A DNA stretch of 64,000 nucleotides, taken from assembly GCA_051362555.1 (NCBI GenBank), contig CM120641.1, forward strand, positions 10,416,001 through 10,480,000, in the 5' to 3' direction. Below the pieces are notes generated by a model, which was given only the letters and a program-made list of their open reading frames with translations, was not told the origin of the DNA and did not search any database. Source of the stretch: Lingula anatina. Taxonomy: Eukaryota; Animalia; Brachiopoda. The translations under genes were made by a program, and so were the position numbers. Numbering within the stretch: the first letter of the stretch is position 1; every line of letters begins with the position of its first letter. Of the stretch, positions 13,601-28,600 are shown in pieces.

Positions 13601-16600
13601 AATATGTATGTCAATATTTGTCTATTTTTAGAATGGTTGGTTTCAAGTCATAGTTTGAAATGGGATAAAATTGTTCCTTGTGACAATGTACAAAACTAGA
13701 TAAAGAGACACATGTTAAATAATGTATCAGAAATCTGAGGTCATGTTGTGTATGAATCACCAGGGGAAATTTACAAAGTGTCCACAAAATAGGCTTCATT
13801 AAAACAACTAATGAGGTCCCCTCAAACTCTTACTTTTAAATGATTTATGTAATGAAAATAATACTATATAAATTAGGGAAATTTTTAGCACTGTCAATTG
13901 TTCACTTATTATGAAGCAAGAGTAGTTCTCTTAATATACTACACTAGTTGTCATTAAGGCACTTTCTGTGTTCACATTTTCAAAGGATTGTTTAAATATT
14001 TCTTTGCTGGGTTGGACATTTTTACCTAGCTGAACTCTTGGATCAATCTTTTTAATGTATTCCTTCTATTACATGTACATGGCAACCTTTGCCATCCAGG
14101 CACCCATGCTTTTAGAATAAATTTAAAACTGTCAACTGCACAAGACCCCTGGGAACTAGTGATACCTAATAAACCTGTCTAGGTACAGATGAGATGAGAT
14201 CAATAATCTACAGTTGAATTATATACTTGCTATTTGACTAGACCTTCTTGTGATTAATCAGAGAAAAAAAACTGGTTTAAGCAATAACCAACAAATTATA
14301 TATATTTTTTTTAAATTTCTGACATCCAATATCCTGTGGCAGCAGTTCAGCTATATATATGGCAAATGACAACCACTAATTCCTAAAAATTTTTTTTTTT
14401 TTAGTCAATCGCTTTTTTTAAATGATGCCTGGGCCATGCAAAATTATATATTTGTCTGAACCCACATATTTTTTGTGAATACAATGGATACTTGAAATTG
14501 GCAACATTTGGAAACCAGACTAGTGCTAATACAATAGTTTCAATCAATAGTTTCATTTCACTCCGACAAAAAAAGAAAAAAAAAATTTTTTTCGCATCGC
14601 TCTTGAGGCAATGTCCTCTTCCAATTTAACAGATCCAAACAGTGAAGGTAAAAGGTAAAGGTTAAATCTTATAGACTGATATCCTTGATGACTGAGTTTA
14701 CTGAAGGTCATTATCATGGCTGACTGAAAACTATTTCTGGATCTGCTTTAAATCAGTCTACCTGGAGACACCTTCACATCTAACTTCAAAATACTCTGAA
14801 GTCTGTCATAAGGTTGATCTAGGCTGTGTGTCAGCAAGACTCATGATCAGCTCAGCTTTTCCAGTCCAATGCTCTTTATATTGGACATAAAATACAGTTC
14901 CAGCTGATTGTTAAAATATTTTGATTTTTCTTTCTTTCCCTTTTCCAGGACACAATGATTTTCACTCAACTGGCTCTCTTGATTTTAGATGCAAACTGAA
15001 TATATTTTTCCTTCTCTGAAAACAATAAATAGCATGTCTATGCAAATTTGACATCTATTAGCTAATTGCATCCCCATTTAAATGCATTAAATTTTGGTAT
15101 ATTAGGCATACCTGTTAGACTTGGGACTACTGCTGTTGCTGCTCATGGGAGACATGTCTAGATATGGGCGACGGAATGCTGACTTAGCGCCACCTATCAC
15201 TGGGGTAGTTTGACGACGATCATCTGAAAATAAGAAAACAAACATATACAAGGCAGCAAAGCTGTCAAATGTACAGACAAAAAGCAGGAAATAACAAAAT
15301 AGGCTACTGTCAATTCTGATGCAAAAGTACATTATGTTAAACTGCAAATTCAACATCAAATTTTAATTATGCTCAACAGGTAATACCAATGTAAGTAAAA
15401 TGTGCAACAAGCATAAGGCTTTCAGAAAAAGAAGTCAATTAGACTGCTTTTCCAAATCAGGATGCATTTTAGTCCTGTATTTCTTTTTTGAAAGTTTGGC
15501 AACCATAAGTAACATGGTTTTCCCATAATGGTCATCATGGCAGCAGCACCCAAAGTTGTGTTTTCTTCTATTCTGATGCAATATTACATAATGGTTAACA
15601 GCATAATGACAATCAATTTTTAATAATAAAATATACATATCATGGATTTTCAGAAAATGTGACTAGCATGAGTCTTCAAGCCTGTAGAACTTCAAAGTCA
15701 CACCTTGAAAATGCCAATATGTGAAAAACTAAATTTTCACAAAAAAAAAAAAAAAAACAAGGCAGCAAAGCTGTCAAATGTACAGACAAAAAGCAGGAAA
15801 TAACAAAATAGGCTACTGTCAATTCTGATGCAAAAGTACATTATGTTAAACTGCAAATTCAACATCAAATTTTAATTATGCTCAACAGGTAATACCAATG
15901 TAAGTAAAATGTGAAACAAGCATAAAGCTTCAGGCCCATGGGAGTTCAAGTTCACACTTTGAAAATGTAAAACTTCCAGAAAAAGAAGTCAATTAGACTG
16001 CTTTTCCAACTCAGGCTGCATTTCAGTCCTGTATTTCTTTTTTGAAAGTTTGGCAATCATAAGTAACATGGTTTTCCCATAATGGTCATCATGGCAGCAG
16101 CACCCAAAATTGTGTTTTCTTCTATTCTGATGCAATATTACATAATGGTTAACAGCATAATGACAATCAATTTTTAATAACAAAATATATGTATCATGGA
16201 TTTTCAGAAAATGTGACTAGCCTGGGTCTTCAAGCCTGTGGAACTTCAAAGTCACACCTTGAAAATGCCAATATGTGAAAAATTAAATTTTCACAAAAAA
16301 AAACTGTTTATCTGGCAGATTACATTGCCTACTGAAGCTGTATTTTAGTCCCATGTTTCTTTCCTGTAAGTTTGAGAACAGTAAGTGACATGGTTTTTCT
16401 TAAAAGGTAATCATGGGAGCAGTGCCCAAAATAGGTTTTTTTCAAATTTTGATGCAATGTTACATAATGTTTAACAGCATAATGACCATCAATTTTTACT
16501 AATAAAATATTAGTATCATGGATATTCAGAAAATGTGACTAGCAAAGGTCTTCAGGCCCATGGAACTTCAAAGTCACAACTTGAAAATGCCAAAATGTAA

Positions 16601-19600
16601 ACAAGACAGCACTGTTCTGAAATGTTTTTTTCCCCATTTTTAACAATTTTTAACATAAAACAAAATTAACAGTTTACTGCCATTTTTATATGATCAACTA
16701 AGAAAATTGATGACATGAGAAAAGTATCAATAGAGCAGTGTTAAATGTCCAATTTCTTCCATTCTGAGATTCTGAACATAGTGAATGATTGAATCTGACA
16801 AATTGCAATGATATGAGTTTATTTCCATTTTTGAAACTCTATTATACAATACATGATAACAAGTTTACCATCATTTTTACATAATCAACTAACAATGTTG
16901 TAAAGGTGCAGGAAATGTCAAACAAACACTTTCACGTATCTTATTAGTTTAATAATGAGACTGTTAACATGCCTAAAGAAATGTGAAAAAACAGCATACC
17001 TTCTAAAATAATGGCACGATTATGCTGATTTACGAACTCAACCTGCATTTTAGTAAAATTGACCACTCCTGTGACTTTCATGACAATTGGCCCATCTGTT
17101 TTTCTTATATTGTGTTTACAGTGTTGCATATAGGCTGAAAAGTGTAAAAAACAGCATAACTAGTAAAATAGTGGCCCGATCATGCCGATTTTCGAACTTG
17201 ACCTGCGTTTTAGTAAGATTGATTACTCCTGTGAGTTTCATGACAACAGGTCTATCGGTTTTCCTTGAAATGTGTTAACAGTGTTGCATATATGCTGAAA
17301 AGTGAAAAAACAGCATAACTACTAAAATAGTGGCCCGATCATGCCGATTTTCGAACTTGATCTGCGTTTTAGTAAGACTGATTACTCCTGTGAGTTTCAT
17401 GACAACAGGCCAATCGGTTTTCTTTGAAATGTGTTAACAGTGTTGCATATATGCTAAAAAGTGAAAAAAACAGCATAAATTCTACAATAATGGCCCGATC
17501 ATGCTGATTTTCGAACTTGACCTGCGTTTTATGAATATTAGTCAGCTCTGTAAATATAAAGCCAAAAAGTAAAACTGTCTTCCACTTATGGTGTTAACGC
17601 TGAAAGTGCACGGCGACGGCGACAGCGACGGCGACATGATCGGCGACGGCGACGGCGACGACAGACGCAGGTGATGGCAATATGTACAGACACATCTGTG
17701 TCTGTACATAATAAAATACACAGATACTTTTTTCATTGGAAAATGAATAATTATAACAATCTAAAAATACAATGATTTACAAATAAGCCAACATCAAAAC
17801 ACAAGCAACAAATAACATCTACCTTTCCCATGATCCCTCGGGGCTAGTTCCATAGTTGAGCCGTGCTGTGGGCGTGACCGACTGCCTGCGTGGGATGAGT
17901 TGCTGGACAAAGAAGACACATCACTGATCTGACTGAGATTAGAACTGCTGATGGAGGGATTAGAGCCACTGATCGCTGCCAGCATGCGGCGGTGGTCACT
18001 CCCAGATTGGCCTGGGGAGCGGTTTTGGTTAGAGCCAGTGCCAGGACTGGGCTTGCCACTGCTGCTGCCACCATGGCCATCTTGTGAGGGAACAGGAGTG
18101 GTGGTGGAGCTACTCTGATGCATGTGGTCGGAGGTAAACCTGGCAATACAAACAATGGAATATATAATAAAGATTCTAGGGCCTGAGGTATCCCTGATAA
18201 AATATTTCATTATCTCTAAAGATAATCTGTTATAAAAATATAATAATGATTATTAGAGCAGAGGTATATGTAAAACAAAAATATCATAATAAGGATTATA
18301 TCTTCCATTATCAGCATTGCAGTAGCTCTAGTCAATTAATTACCTAGACTATAGATTTTCAATCAAATGAAACTTTGAAGTTGTACCTATAACTAAATGA
18401 TGGCATGTGATTTAAAAGTTGCTTTCCTATAAACAATGCCTATATATATATATATAATAAAATTTAAAATAAATCAAACATTCTAACATGACCTGAGAAA
18501 AACCAATAGTGTCAGTGACATACCCAGTCCCTGGGGTTGAGGCAGTCAGGACCTTGTAGCCCTGCTCAGCTGAACTCAGGTAATTATTATTGTGATGGCC
18601 CTGTAGACCTGTGGAACCAGTCTCCCTATACCAGTCTTCATGGTCTCCTGTCTTCTGTGATAAACCCTGGAATAATAAGATATAACATAGTGGTTCCGAT
18701 TACGTAAATGCCACAGAATAGCACACAAACATGAAATGAGATCAATGACCTGTGTAGTTTCACTTCTTAGCATCTAACAATCCAAGCTTAGTGTTAGTCT
18801 AAGAAGCAAACACGTGTATCATGCACATATAAACACCCACACGTATTCGCACCAACACACACACAAATGCACACCCTTACACAAATTCTAGTTGAAGTTA
18901 CACATTAAGGATTTAACTTTACTTTGACACTATTTCAAACCAAAATAACCCCTAAAAATAAAAATAGCAAAAAACAAAAAAAAATTCTAATGACAAAGCT
19001 GCTCTGTTCATGTGGTCTGGATGCTAAGGTTGGAACTAACCCTCATCTCTCCAAGCACTTGCTTCAATTTGTACTAATAAAACTCTTCACACTCTTTAAA
19101 TGGTTTCTGCCTATTTCAGACTTCATCCATGAGATGACTATTTGTCCAAGGTATAATTTAGCCTGTCAGAAAAGATTACCCTCGAACATAGAAATTGCAT
19201 CAAAACCTTACTAATGACGTCCAAGCTTGAGGTTTCTCATCACTCGGATTTCTCTTTCCTTTTATAAGTGACGCAAGCAGGAAAGTAGCCTACGTGCCAC
19301 AATCTAGGTAGGCTCTTAGTGATAGATTGGTCAAGGTCATTTCTAGCTGTGTAGCCCCTGGTGTGCTATGTAATCCCTGACCTTTACATGCACAAATATA
19401 ATAGATGGTTTACCCAATAGCTGTCCTCCATATGCAGCTGTCATTAAAAGCAAGGACAGATCTGAAGTGACTGAACACTATAATACCCAGTGGGCTGGCT
19501 TAAATGGAAATGCATTATGATGAGGTTTTTGGTATTAGAGATTAACTGGTACTAATTTGTTTCATGTTTTTTTTTCTTTGTTTTACTTCTTTGCAAATTT

Positions 19601-22600
19601 TTACATTGATCTATTTATTTTTCACATGGTTAACTTATGTTATTTACCTGATTTTGACACTTAAGTCCTCCCTCCCAACATCTAAATTGAACATTGTACT
19701 TAGTATCTTTATAGTGAGATGTTATAAATTCAGTAAGCTTTATATTATCCCCAAATCAAAAGAATTTCATCACTGGCCACAAAGCTTTAACTTGTGCCAG
19801 AGGCAACAAATCTCACAGTCTAAATATTGTTAGCAAGTTCCAGTTTTCATCTCCCTTTACATGACACTAGTTTTACAGCCATTTTAACTGGGTTGTCAGT
19901 TGGCACTTCACACAGTAGATTACTTATTATTTATTTTTAATTCTGACCTCTCCCCCCCCCCCCCCTCTCCCTCTCTGACATACACACACCTACACACACA
20001 CAAAGACACACACACACTTAATAACCAAATAAATTCCACACAGATCACATAGTCCATGTTTATCAATGCACCTACTAAGATCAGATAGTTTAGGCCAGGT
20101 TCCCAGTGAAATTAAAATGGCTTTACCAAGTTCTATCTAAATGGGCCGGGGAGGCAAACACAAGGCTAACTTTAATTACAATGGCTGTGTAAAAGACACC
20201 AGAGCAATTTGATTGGACTCAAGTCAACATGTCATATCTTAAATGGAAATTCAATTTTACTCACATCACTAGACAACTAGATTGTTTAACAATGAATTCA
20301 AAGATTCTCAGTTTTTTTTTTTGCTCACAACATAGATTATCTCCTATATATGATCTAAGTTAATCCATTTGTGAACACAATACCTCAGCTATGTTAGCAG
20401 TAACTATTATGAGTGTGATTTACTTCCCACATGAATTCCCAGTGAATATCAAGAGTAATCAGTATGCCTAGTCCACCGCTTACCTAATGGCTATGACAAA
20501 GCTATGCAACATCCATTGTAAGTACTCAATGTCTGTTATGTTTATGCCCACACAAAACACTTGTTTAATATAACTGTTATTGTAGTTGACTTTAAAAATA
20601 TGTGACCTAGATGAGTTGACAATACTGAGTACAGTTTTATTTCCCCCAATTTTTGTTTATTGCACTAAGCTTTTATAATAAATCAGCTTAAAAAATGATA
20701 ATAATAATAACAATAATAAATAAAAAAAAACAGAGCTTGGAAATGTTTTGACTTGGAGTTCACACAAAAATTCTTACTTGGTCTCTCCCAGAGTGCTGAG
20801 ATGAGCTCTTGCTGGACCAATTCTTCACTAAAATTAAAGAAAAAAGTCCTTTAACTACTTTATATTTAGCAAAATAGCACTATTAAGATGAGGAAACTTT
20901 CAACTACCTTTTTTACTATATAATGTGATTTTCTTACATTTTGACAAAAAGAACCATACTTGAAAAGAAAAAGAAGCAACACAAACATAATATCCAAGAT
21001 GGACACACTTCAAATTGTCTATGCTATAAAATTTTGACATCAAGCATTTATAACTTAGTAATACAATATTTTGTTCAATATTATACTGTAAAATTTAAAG
21101 GAGCTCTCCTCACCCTGTGGTTCAGGCATCTGGTGAAGGGTAGTGTCCACACTAGATCCTCTGCCTTTAGATCCGTAACTAGCTGTGGAAGACAGGGTGT
21201 TTGTGTTGCTCCCACTGTGGCTGGTAGAGTTGGAAAGTTTGGATTCAGACCTAGAGAGATAATATGAATTCCGGAAATCAACTCATTATTGACTACTAGT
21301 TAATTAGTTTCTTTATTTTCAGGTGTGTTAATATGCTTAATAATTCATAGTTTCAATTCTCTTTTCTTATAACAGAACTTTGCACCTAAAAGGGCTTAAA
21401 GTCAAATACTTTGGAACTTCATTTCCCATCAAACACATTCTTCACACAATCTTCACTGCAGACTCTATGCAATCACAAACCTCACCCAACTTCCTCCACA
21501 TTTCCAAAGTATATTTCTCTGTACACGCCACACATTTTAATACTCCCTTATAACCAGCTACAACTCTTAACATGTTGTCCAATTTCCAAAATGCACAGAA
21601 CTGTACACAAAGAAAGAGTCATCCATAAAACACAATGCTCATAGCACTATTGCAGATTAAAAAAAAAAAAAAAACTTCGACCACAACGCTCTGAGCATCA
21701 AGGTGTCCCCTCTCACCTTGGATTGTAAACCCCGCTGCCAGGCAGACTACGCATAGAGCTGCGCACAGAAGGCGGCAGGGAGTCATCTACATAAGCATGC
21801 TCAACAGAGTAGACAGTGTGCTGGGAGCTCAGAGAGGACTGACTGGAGTAAGGGTCCTCAGGTATTCTAGAAACAGCAGAAGAATCAGGGTGCAAAGAAA
21901 GGGTTACATAGATAACTGCTAGGTCAATATGCACATGTAAATTTGGCTTTTTTTATTTCAGTTTCCAAAGTTTAAACTTGGTTAACAGGCTTTTTTTTTT
22001 TTTTTTTTTTTGTGGCACAAGCACAAATTACGTAAGACAGAACTGTATGGTAGAATCATAGGTAATCAAATGATAGATTTTTTTTTACTTCATAGGATAG
22101 AAAATTTTATATGAGAAATATACTAGCTTTGAATATTTTTTCAGTTGAACAGTTAATGTAAATCCAGGTTTAACCAGAATAAGTTCAAAACCCAAGTTAT
22201 TTAGTGCACGTGGACCCAGAAGTAACATGGAAGCATTACAGGAATATATTAATGCTGTTTTCCTCTTGAAAATGTTAAATTATATGTACATAAGTATTTC
22301 TATGAGCAATTTAAAGATTACCAGTGAACTTTGAAATATATAAAAGAAAAGTAGATCATGACTTCAGCAGACAGCCAAAGTCTTATTGCGACAGTGGTCA
22401 ACACTAATAAATGAGTTAAAAGAAACATTAGTTTTACAAATTAAGAAGTGCTACAGAAATTGTATGACAATTGTTAATCTTGTATAATTCAGTTACATAT
22501 AATCTAAATTGCATTATAATGAGTGCTAATTCACTTGACATTTATTTCTCATGCATTACCAGTCAGTACATAAAGCATTAATTTGTGCTAAACATAACAT

Positions 22601-25600
22601 CTATTAACTATGTTCATAAAGCACTTGTTGAGAAGTATAATCCAGAAAGATGTTCCAGAAATTACACTGTGTGGATAAAAGAAGCACCCAAAAAAAATTT
22701 TGTTTTAAAAATACTGATTCTAATTCAACAAATTTTACTATATACACTGAGGTATAATGATGCTATATCCTCAGAAGCTCTAGGTGTAAGAGGCAATGTT
22801 GTGAAGCAGCATGAAGGGCAATTTCACTTTATTATAATCATGAATGATTGAAAGTTACTAAAATCTTAAGGGTGGTATGCCTTTTTTTTCCTTTCCTTAC
22901 CCACATTTTAAAAGCTAGAGGGATGAAGAAAGCAAAGCTTCTGATAAATCAACCTTCTTTGAGTAAATTGACCCATACCTTCTTGGAGTTCCATCCTCAA
23001 ATGGTGGGATAACAACCACTTTGACAGTCACCGAGGTACGTAACAGGTCTACCATATGTTCATGCGATAGTGTTGCTGTGGCAACTTTGCAGATCTCAAC
23101 CAATCGGCTGCCTTGTCTCAAACCAGCTTGCCAGGCAAATCCGTATGGTTCTACATCAGATACTATCCCTTCATAATGGACATGAAAGCCTAGCTGGCCC
23201 AAGCCATTACGCCGTAATGTCATTTCCACTGTCTGAAGTCATAAAAAGATTTTCATTTAAATTCTGTTTAAAAAAATCTAATGAGATATTCTTCTCTAAA
23301 ATAGACAGAAAAATTCAACAAATAAAGAATTAAACATTAAGATAGTATATTCATAACAATTTGATTAATAATAATAAATTGATTTAATATTTAGGCTTTT
23401 GCAGAGTGAAATTTAAATTAAAATTCTTTCAAGTTGCACATTCCACTAAGCTATTAACTGTGCACTTATTTCAAATGATCACTCACCAATGCTTTTTCAG
23501 GTATAATATCCTATCTTATTATTTTCTTTTTTTTTTTGAAAACTGCATTTTTGAGGCCTTGATATGAGTCCCAAGATGGCCATTTAAGATATGCACACAA
23601 ATGCGAAATGCCAAGCTCTAATGTGGATTGCTTTTATAAATGAACTCTTTGATGTGTGCCCCACAGTGTTACAAAATGCACAATTTGATAATGTAATATA
23701 ACACAGTGTAAATTCAGTATGGCACAACCTAAGGGGGCTGTTCATCATGCAATATAAAATCCAAGAGCAACCATAACCCATGAATGCCAAAAAGCAATCA
23801 AATTAATTTTATATTAAATTTTGTACCTTCCGACCACTTCAGCTCTAAAGTACCCAATCTTATCAATGATTAGGTAATTTGATGCACAATCACCTTGTGA
23901 ATTTGTGGAAGATAATTCTTTGAGCTGCCTTTAAGGGCACTGTAAAACAACACTCATCTGATAGGTGATAAATCTTTTCTATATCAGGCTAGTGCCGTTT
24001 TGGTTACTTCATTATTCTTTTAAGATGCTTCTTTGTCGTGATACAATATAAATCAAAAGACAGGGTCTATATCATCAAATTACCTTCTTATATCCTGACT
24101 TCCAAGAAACCGTGAAACTGTCTTTGCTTTAAAATAATTGTTTTTTTTTCTCTTCACATTATAAGAAACCAGGGCTCATCAATCCAGTCATGGCCACAAG
24201 ATTGATATGCTGATAGCCAATAAAGATCACAGTCCAAAGAACCCATTATAAAGAAAGTGTCTAATGAGGCCCAGCAAGTATGTCTTATTGTCTGGCTTAT
24301 CTCTAATTACATTTAGGGCAATAAAATCCATCCATATTGGACTTCTGTTTAAGTATAGTATGTGTCAAATTTAATTTCTTTCAAAGTTTAAGTCATATAC
24401 ATTTGCCGTTTTAATTTGATTGAATCACATGTGGATCATATAAGTAATGGTTTTCTGTATGAATGTTCTACTGTTGAAAGGTATTTTTGTTTTAGGGCAT
24501 CAGTTTCCACATGAGACAATCAATGTTAATCTAAATATCCAATTTCTTGGTTCTTTTCATGATGGATGATGCATCAATTTGTTGTTCATGTGACTAATCT
24601 TAGAGATTAGGACAGATTAGGAGGTAACTGAAAACTTTTTCATCCTTATATCTTTTGTCTATTTGTTAATCAATTAAAATTTATATTCCTAAGTCAAGCA
24701 AGCTACCAATTAATGCAGTGGTGCAGGCTTCAAAACATTTTGTTTAGAAATCAGATACATATTTATCATTCATGAATTATTATTAATTTCTTTTGTAAAA
24801 AGTAAAAAATTAGAAGAAAAAGAAAAAGTTTATTCCATATGCTATGGTACCTCAATTCCCTGAGTGACCACTTGCAGTCTGCTGATGATTTCCTGGAGTT
24901 CCTCTGTGATGTCACAGCCAGCGTGGGGCTTGACAAGGACACATTCCCCATGGTCATAGTAGATTCTTATACTGAAACGGGTTTATTACATAAATAATGG
25001 AATGCTATGGAAAACACTCTATGAGCATAGTAAATTATTAAACCACTGTTAAATCATGTACAGAAAGACATTGGTACATTAAGTATATTAAGTGATATAA
25101 GTAGTTTCTTACTGAAACAATGGACTGTTTATACATAGATTACAATCCTAGTTTCAAAATCCACTGTTCAATTATTTTTTCAATAGTTAATCACTTTCTA
25201 AAAAAAAACCCTTGTTAAAAAAAAAATTCTTACCTGTCAGTCCCTGTGGTCCAGCCAATGACTGACTTACTAGGGATGGTGAACACGACATCCTTGCTCT
25301 CTTCCTCTATAACCACCACACTATCTGGAGCTATGGCCAGGAAACAGTTGATGTTGGAGTTCTGGCTGAAGTCTTCAACCTGGAATTGAAGATCAGAAGC
25401 ACTGTAATTACACCATTTCTGCTGGTGCTTGAAGATACTACTTGTTTTTATGAGCAAAATTAAAAAAAGAAATTATTAACAATTATTAATTTTTTTTTCA
25501 TTTTTTCTTCTTTCTAGTGAAACTGCATGATATACTCATGCAGGATAGCAAATTTTTTATCATCACCAGATGTCTATAATTCCACTGACAGTTACAAACT

Positions 25601-28600
25601 GAAAACAGATGTAGATGACTTCTTTATTTCTCTACCTGTACGCTCCATACCACTCCTCCCTTAGCATAAATATCTGGCACCACTTTCTGCTTGGCACGTT
25701 CTTTCTTCCTTCCACTGCCCAAACCAAACTTGCCTAACAAGAGAAATAGTTTTTTTAATGAATATGACAAACTACATTTAATGATGACATTTAAAGTGTA
25801 TCCCTTATGAGTTTACAACATATAAGCAATGCTTCTTTTATATATCCCTGATAAAAACTAAGGTAAGTTTGAAGTCACTCTTTTTTGTCAAATAAGACAA
25901 ATTATTATTTTTGAGATCTAGAGCCCTATAAATACCAACCAAATAAATGATAAATTCTCATTGCTTTTCATGTGTCACAAGTATGCGTAATTATTCCCAA
26001 TAACTTACTTAGCTTAGAACTGGACTCTAAGGCTGTTGTACTGATGTAATTGGTTGCTAAGTCTTTTAGATACTCTTGTCGTGTCCGAGTTGCCATGGCA
26101 ACAAATTTTTCTGATTTGTGTGCAGCATTTTCTGCATTTATTACTGGAAAGAAAATGTGAATTGTATTAAAAAATACGTCCAATAAAAAGCAAAAAATAC
26201 CTCAGATAAAGATGGAGACCCATCCTTGTCAATAACAAAACCCATCTATTTTTTAATAAAGAATTGTCCACAGGGGGCTTTGATTCCCATTTCCGTATTA
26301 AGGAAATAGATAATTGCATTACCATGTCAGCACGTTCCAATCAACATTTTTATTATCATTAACTTGACTCATGAACCGTATTCGTAATGAAGTGCAAACT
26401 GTCCCTCTTAGACATCACCAGCATGAAACAAGATTAGGGGCAAAAAAGTATAGCAAAATGAATTCCATGCTCTGCATCACATCCTAGTGAACTTCACGTT
26501 ATGGATGTTTAATTCATTACTACAGACTTAATCACTATGGGGCAATTTCCTTTGTGCCTTTTTCCTGCACTTATCCATTGGTATAATTGAAAAGACAATT
26601 ATTGCCTTAAAGATAATTGCTATATTCATGTTTTCTCAAGTAAGCACAGAGATGGGGAAAACTGCAAAAAGTTGGCCATTCCACAAAAGATGATGTTTTA
26701 TGCATAAAAATAGCATTTTACTATAAATGTGCTTATGTAGAGAGATAATAAGGTTCAGTTTATTCTGTGCTGCGAATATTTGTTTGTTTGTTTTATGGAA
26801 TGAATAGATGCCTATTTGCAAACATCATATTAGCATCGTCACCATGGCTAGAGATATGAAATGTCAACCTGAGATTGGTTTCACAAACGATCATAGTTAA
26901 CACTTTCTGTAAATAGCTCCTTGTTAAATGTGCAGTTCTTTTGAAATAAAAATCCATCAAACACATCCATACAACATGAGGCTTTTGTTAAACCTTTTAT
27001 TTAGATGGTGAAACTAATAAAATTCTCACCTTTGGCAAGCAGGAAGTCAGCAAACTCCTGTGATTTAGAAAAGATAGCACCCTCTGGAATGGCTGGCCCA
27101 AATGGAGGCACATCTTTGGACCTTGACACAGCCACACTGGAAAAACCAACAATAGCTATACTTACATATCATTATACAGAAAGAAATGATGTCTCTGAAA
27201 TGAAATATCCTGATGTACCTGGCTCAAATGAATGCAGTAAAATATTCAGGCACATTCTGATATAATTCTGTACTGGGCTGGGTCTAAATCACACCAACAT
27301 GCAGACAGCCCATTAAACTATAACCAGTAATGCAATGTAACTGTTGCAGGTGCAATGGGACATTACTGTAGTTGGCGATCTGCATAAAATTCCCAAGATA
27401 AAATCTATGTAATATTACACGTGGAATGCCACTTCTACATTTCAGGAAAGTTGGCATAAAAATATGTCTCGCAGGCCCATAATTATTATAATAATTGCCT
27501 CTTTACATTGACTTTGTTGGCTTAAGATTTCTTGGCTTAGCTTATACTTCTTTACCTTATACTTCTTAAGCTTATACAACCATAGCCAACTGAGCTGTGG
27601 ACTAAATCTCAATTTTTTCAACTTAACATACCAGAAAAAGTCTTGACACCACTTATAATAATTGACACTAACATATGACACCTATGAAGCCATCCCCCAG
27701 TATTCTCCTACCTGTATCTGACATGATCAGTGTTAGGATTGTACACCTGCACCAGTATGAAGACGTGTTGGAAGTGGGAGCGGACTGTCTTGGGAGTAAA
27801 GGGGAGGGCACCTGGTTCCTGAAACACTATGGTGACTATGTCGTTGCCAATGTGGCGCTTCCTCAGCAACTGAAATAATGATAATAAATAAAAGATAATT
27901 ATTGTTAATGGTATAAAGTGCCATTTACATAAATGTTTATCAGCATCATTATTTTTATCATTACAACAAGAAAGATTGTTATTTTTTTAAGAGGAATTGC
28001 TATCTAAGAGACAACATCAGTCAGCTTAGCTATATGGTTCACCTTCCTACCATTTCTATGGAACAGATAGAAAAAATAGGTTTTCGGGCATTGAATAATA
28101 AATAAATAAATAAACAATCATGGACAGCAGCTGAAAAAACTGTTATACTCTTCCTTATTGATAATAACTGATCTTGTATGTCTCATTCTACTGACTAACA
28201 ATTTTTCCATTGGAAACATTTATTCGAACAAAATCAAACAAGCACCACAAATAATATCTGACTTCTCTTTGTTCAACTAAAGGACAAAAATGAAATCCAC
28301 ATGCATCATGGGTATATCTGCACCAAAGTAAGTGTGTATATAAAGCAGATCCCCCATGTTGTGTCTACTTGCAAAGGTTTAAATGACAGCATTTCCTTTC
28401 AGAGAGTGTGGAATGTCTAGGTATATATACATCATTATAAACATCCCCAGTCAAGAATATGATAACCAACAAGCATCTGTGCACAAAGTTCAAGTAGTTA
28501 AGGCATTCCAAAAGCTCATAACTTAAGAGCCTGGATTTGCTTACATCTCGAACTTCAGTGAAAATAATGAATGTAATGAGGGCTTTGCAAACTGTGCTGC

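Noticed and set aside
14762-14820. Possible cassette exon ending in CAG|GTAGAC between exons 19 and 20
   Set aside because: Stop codon in the required phase, and exons 19 and 20 already join in frame
15435-16183. Two near-identical 64-67 aa ORFs that look like a small paralogous gene pair
   Set aside because: A by-product of the intronic tandem duplication; no splice, promoter or domain support
17087-17530. Regularly spaced repeats resembling a CRISPR array
   Set aside because: The whole ~178-bp unit repeats with no unique spacers, there are no cas genes, and the context is a eukaryotic intron
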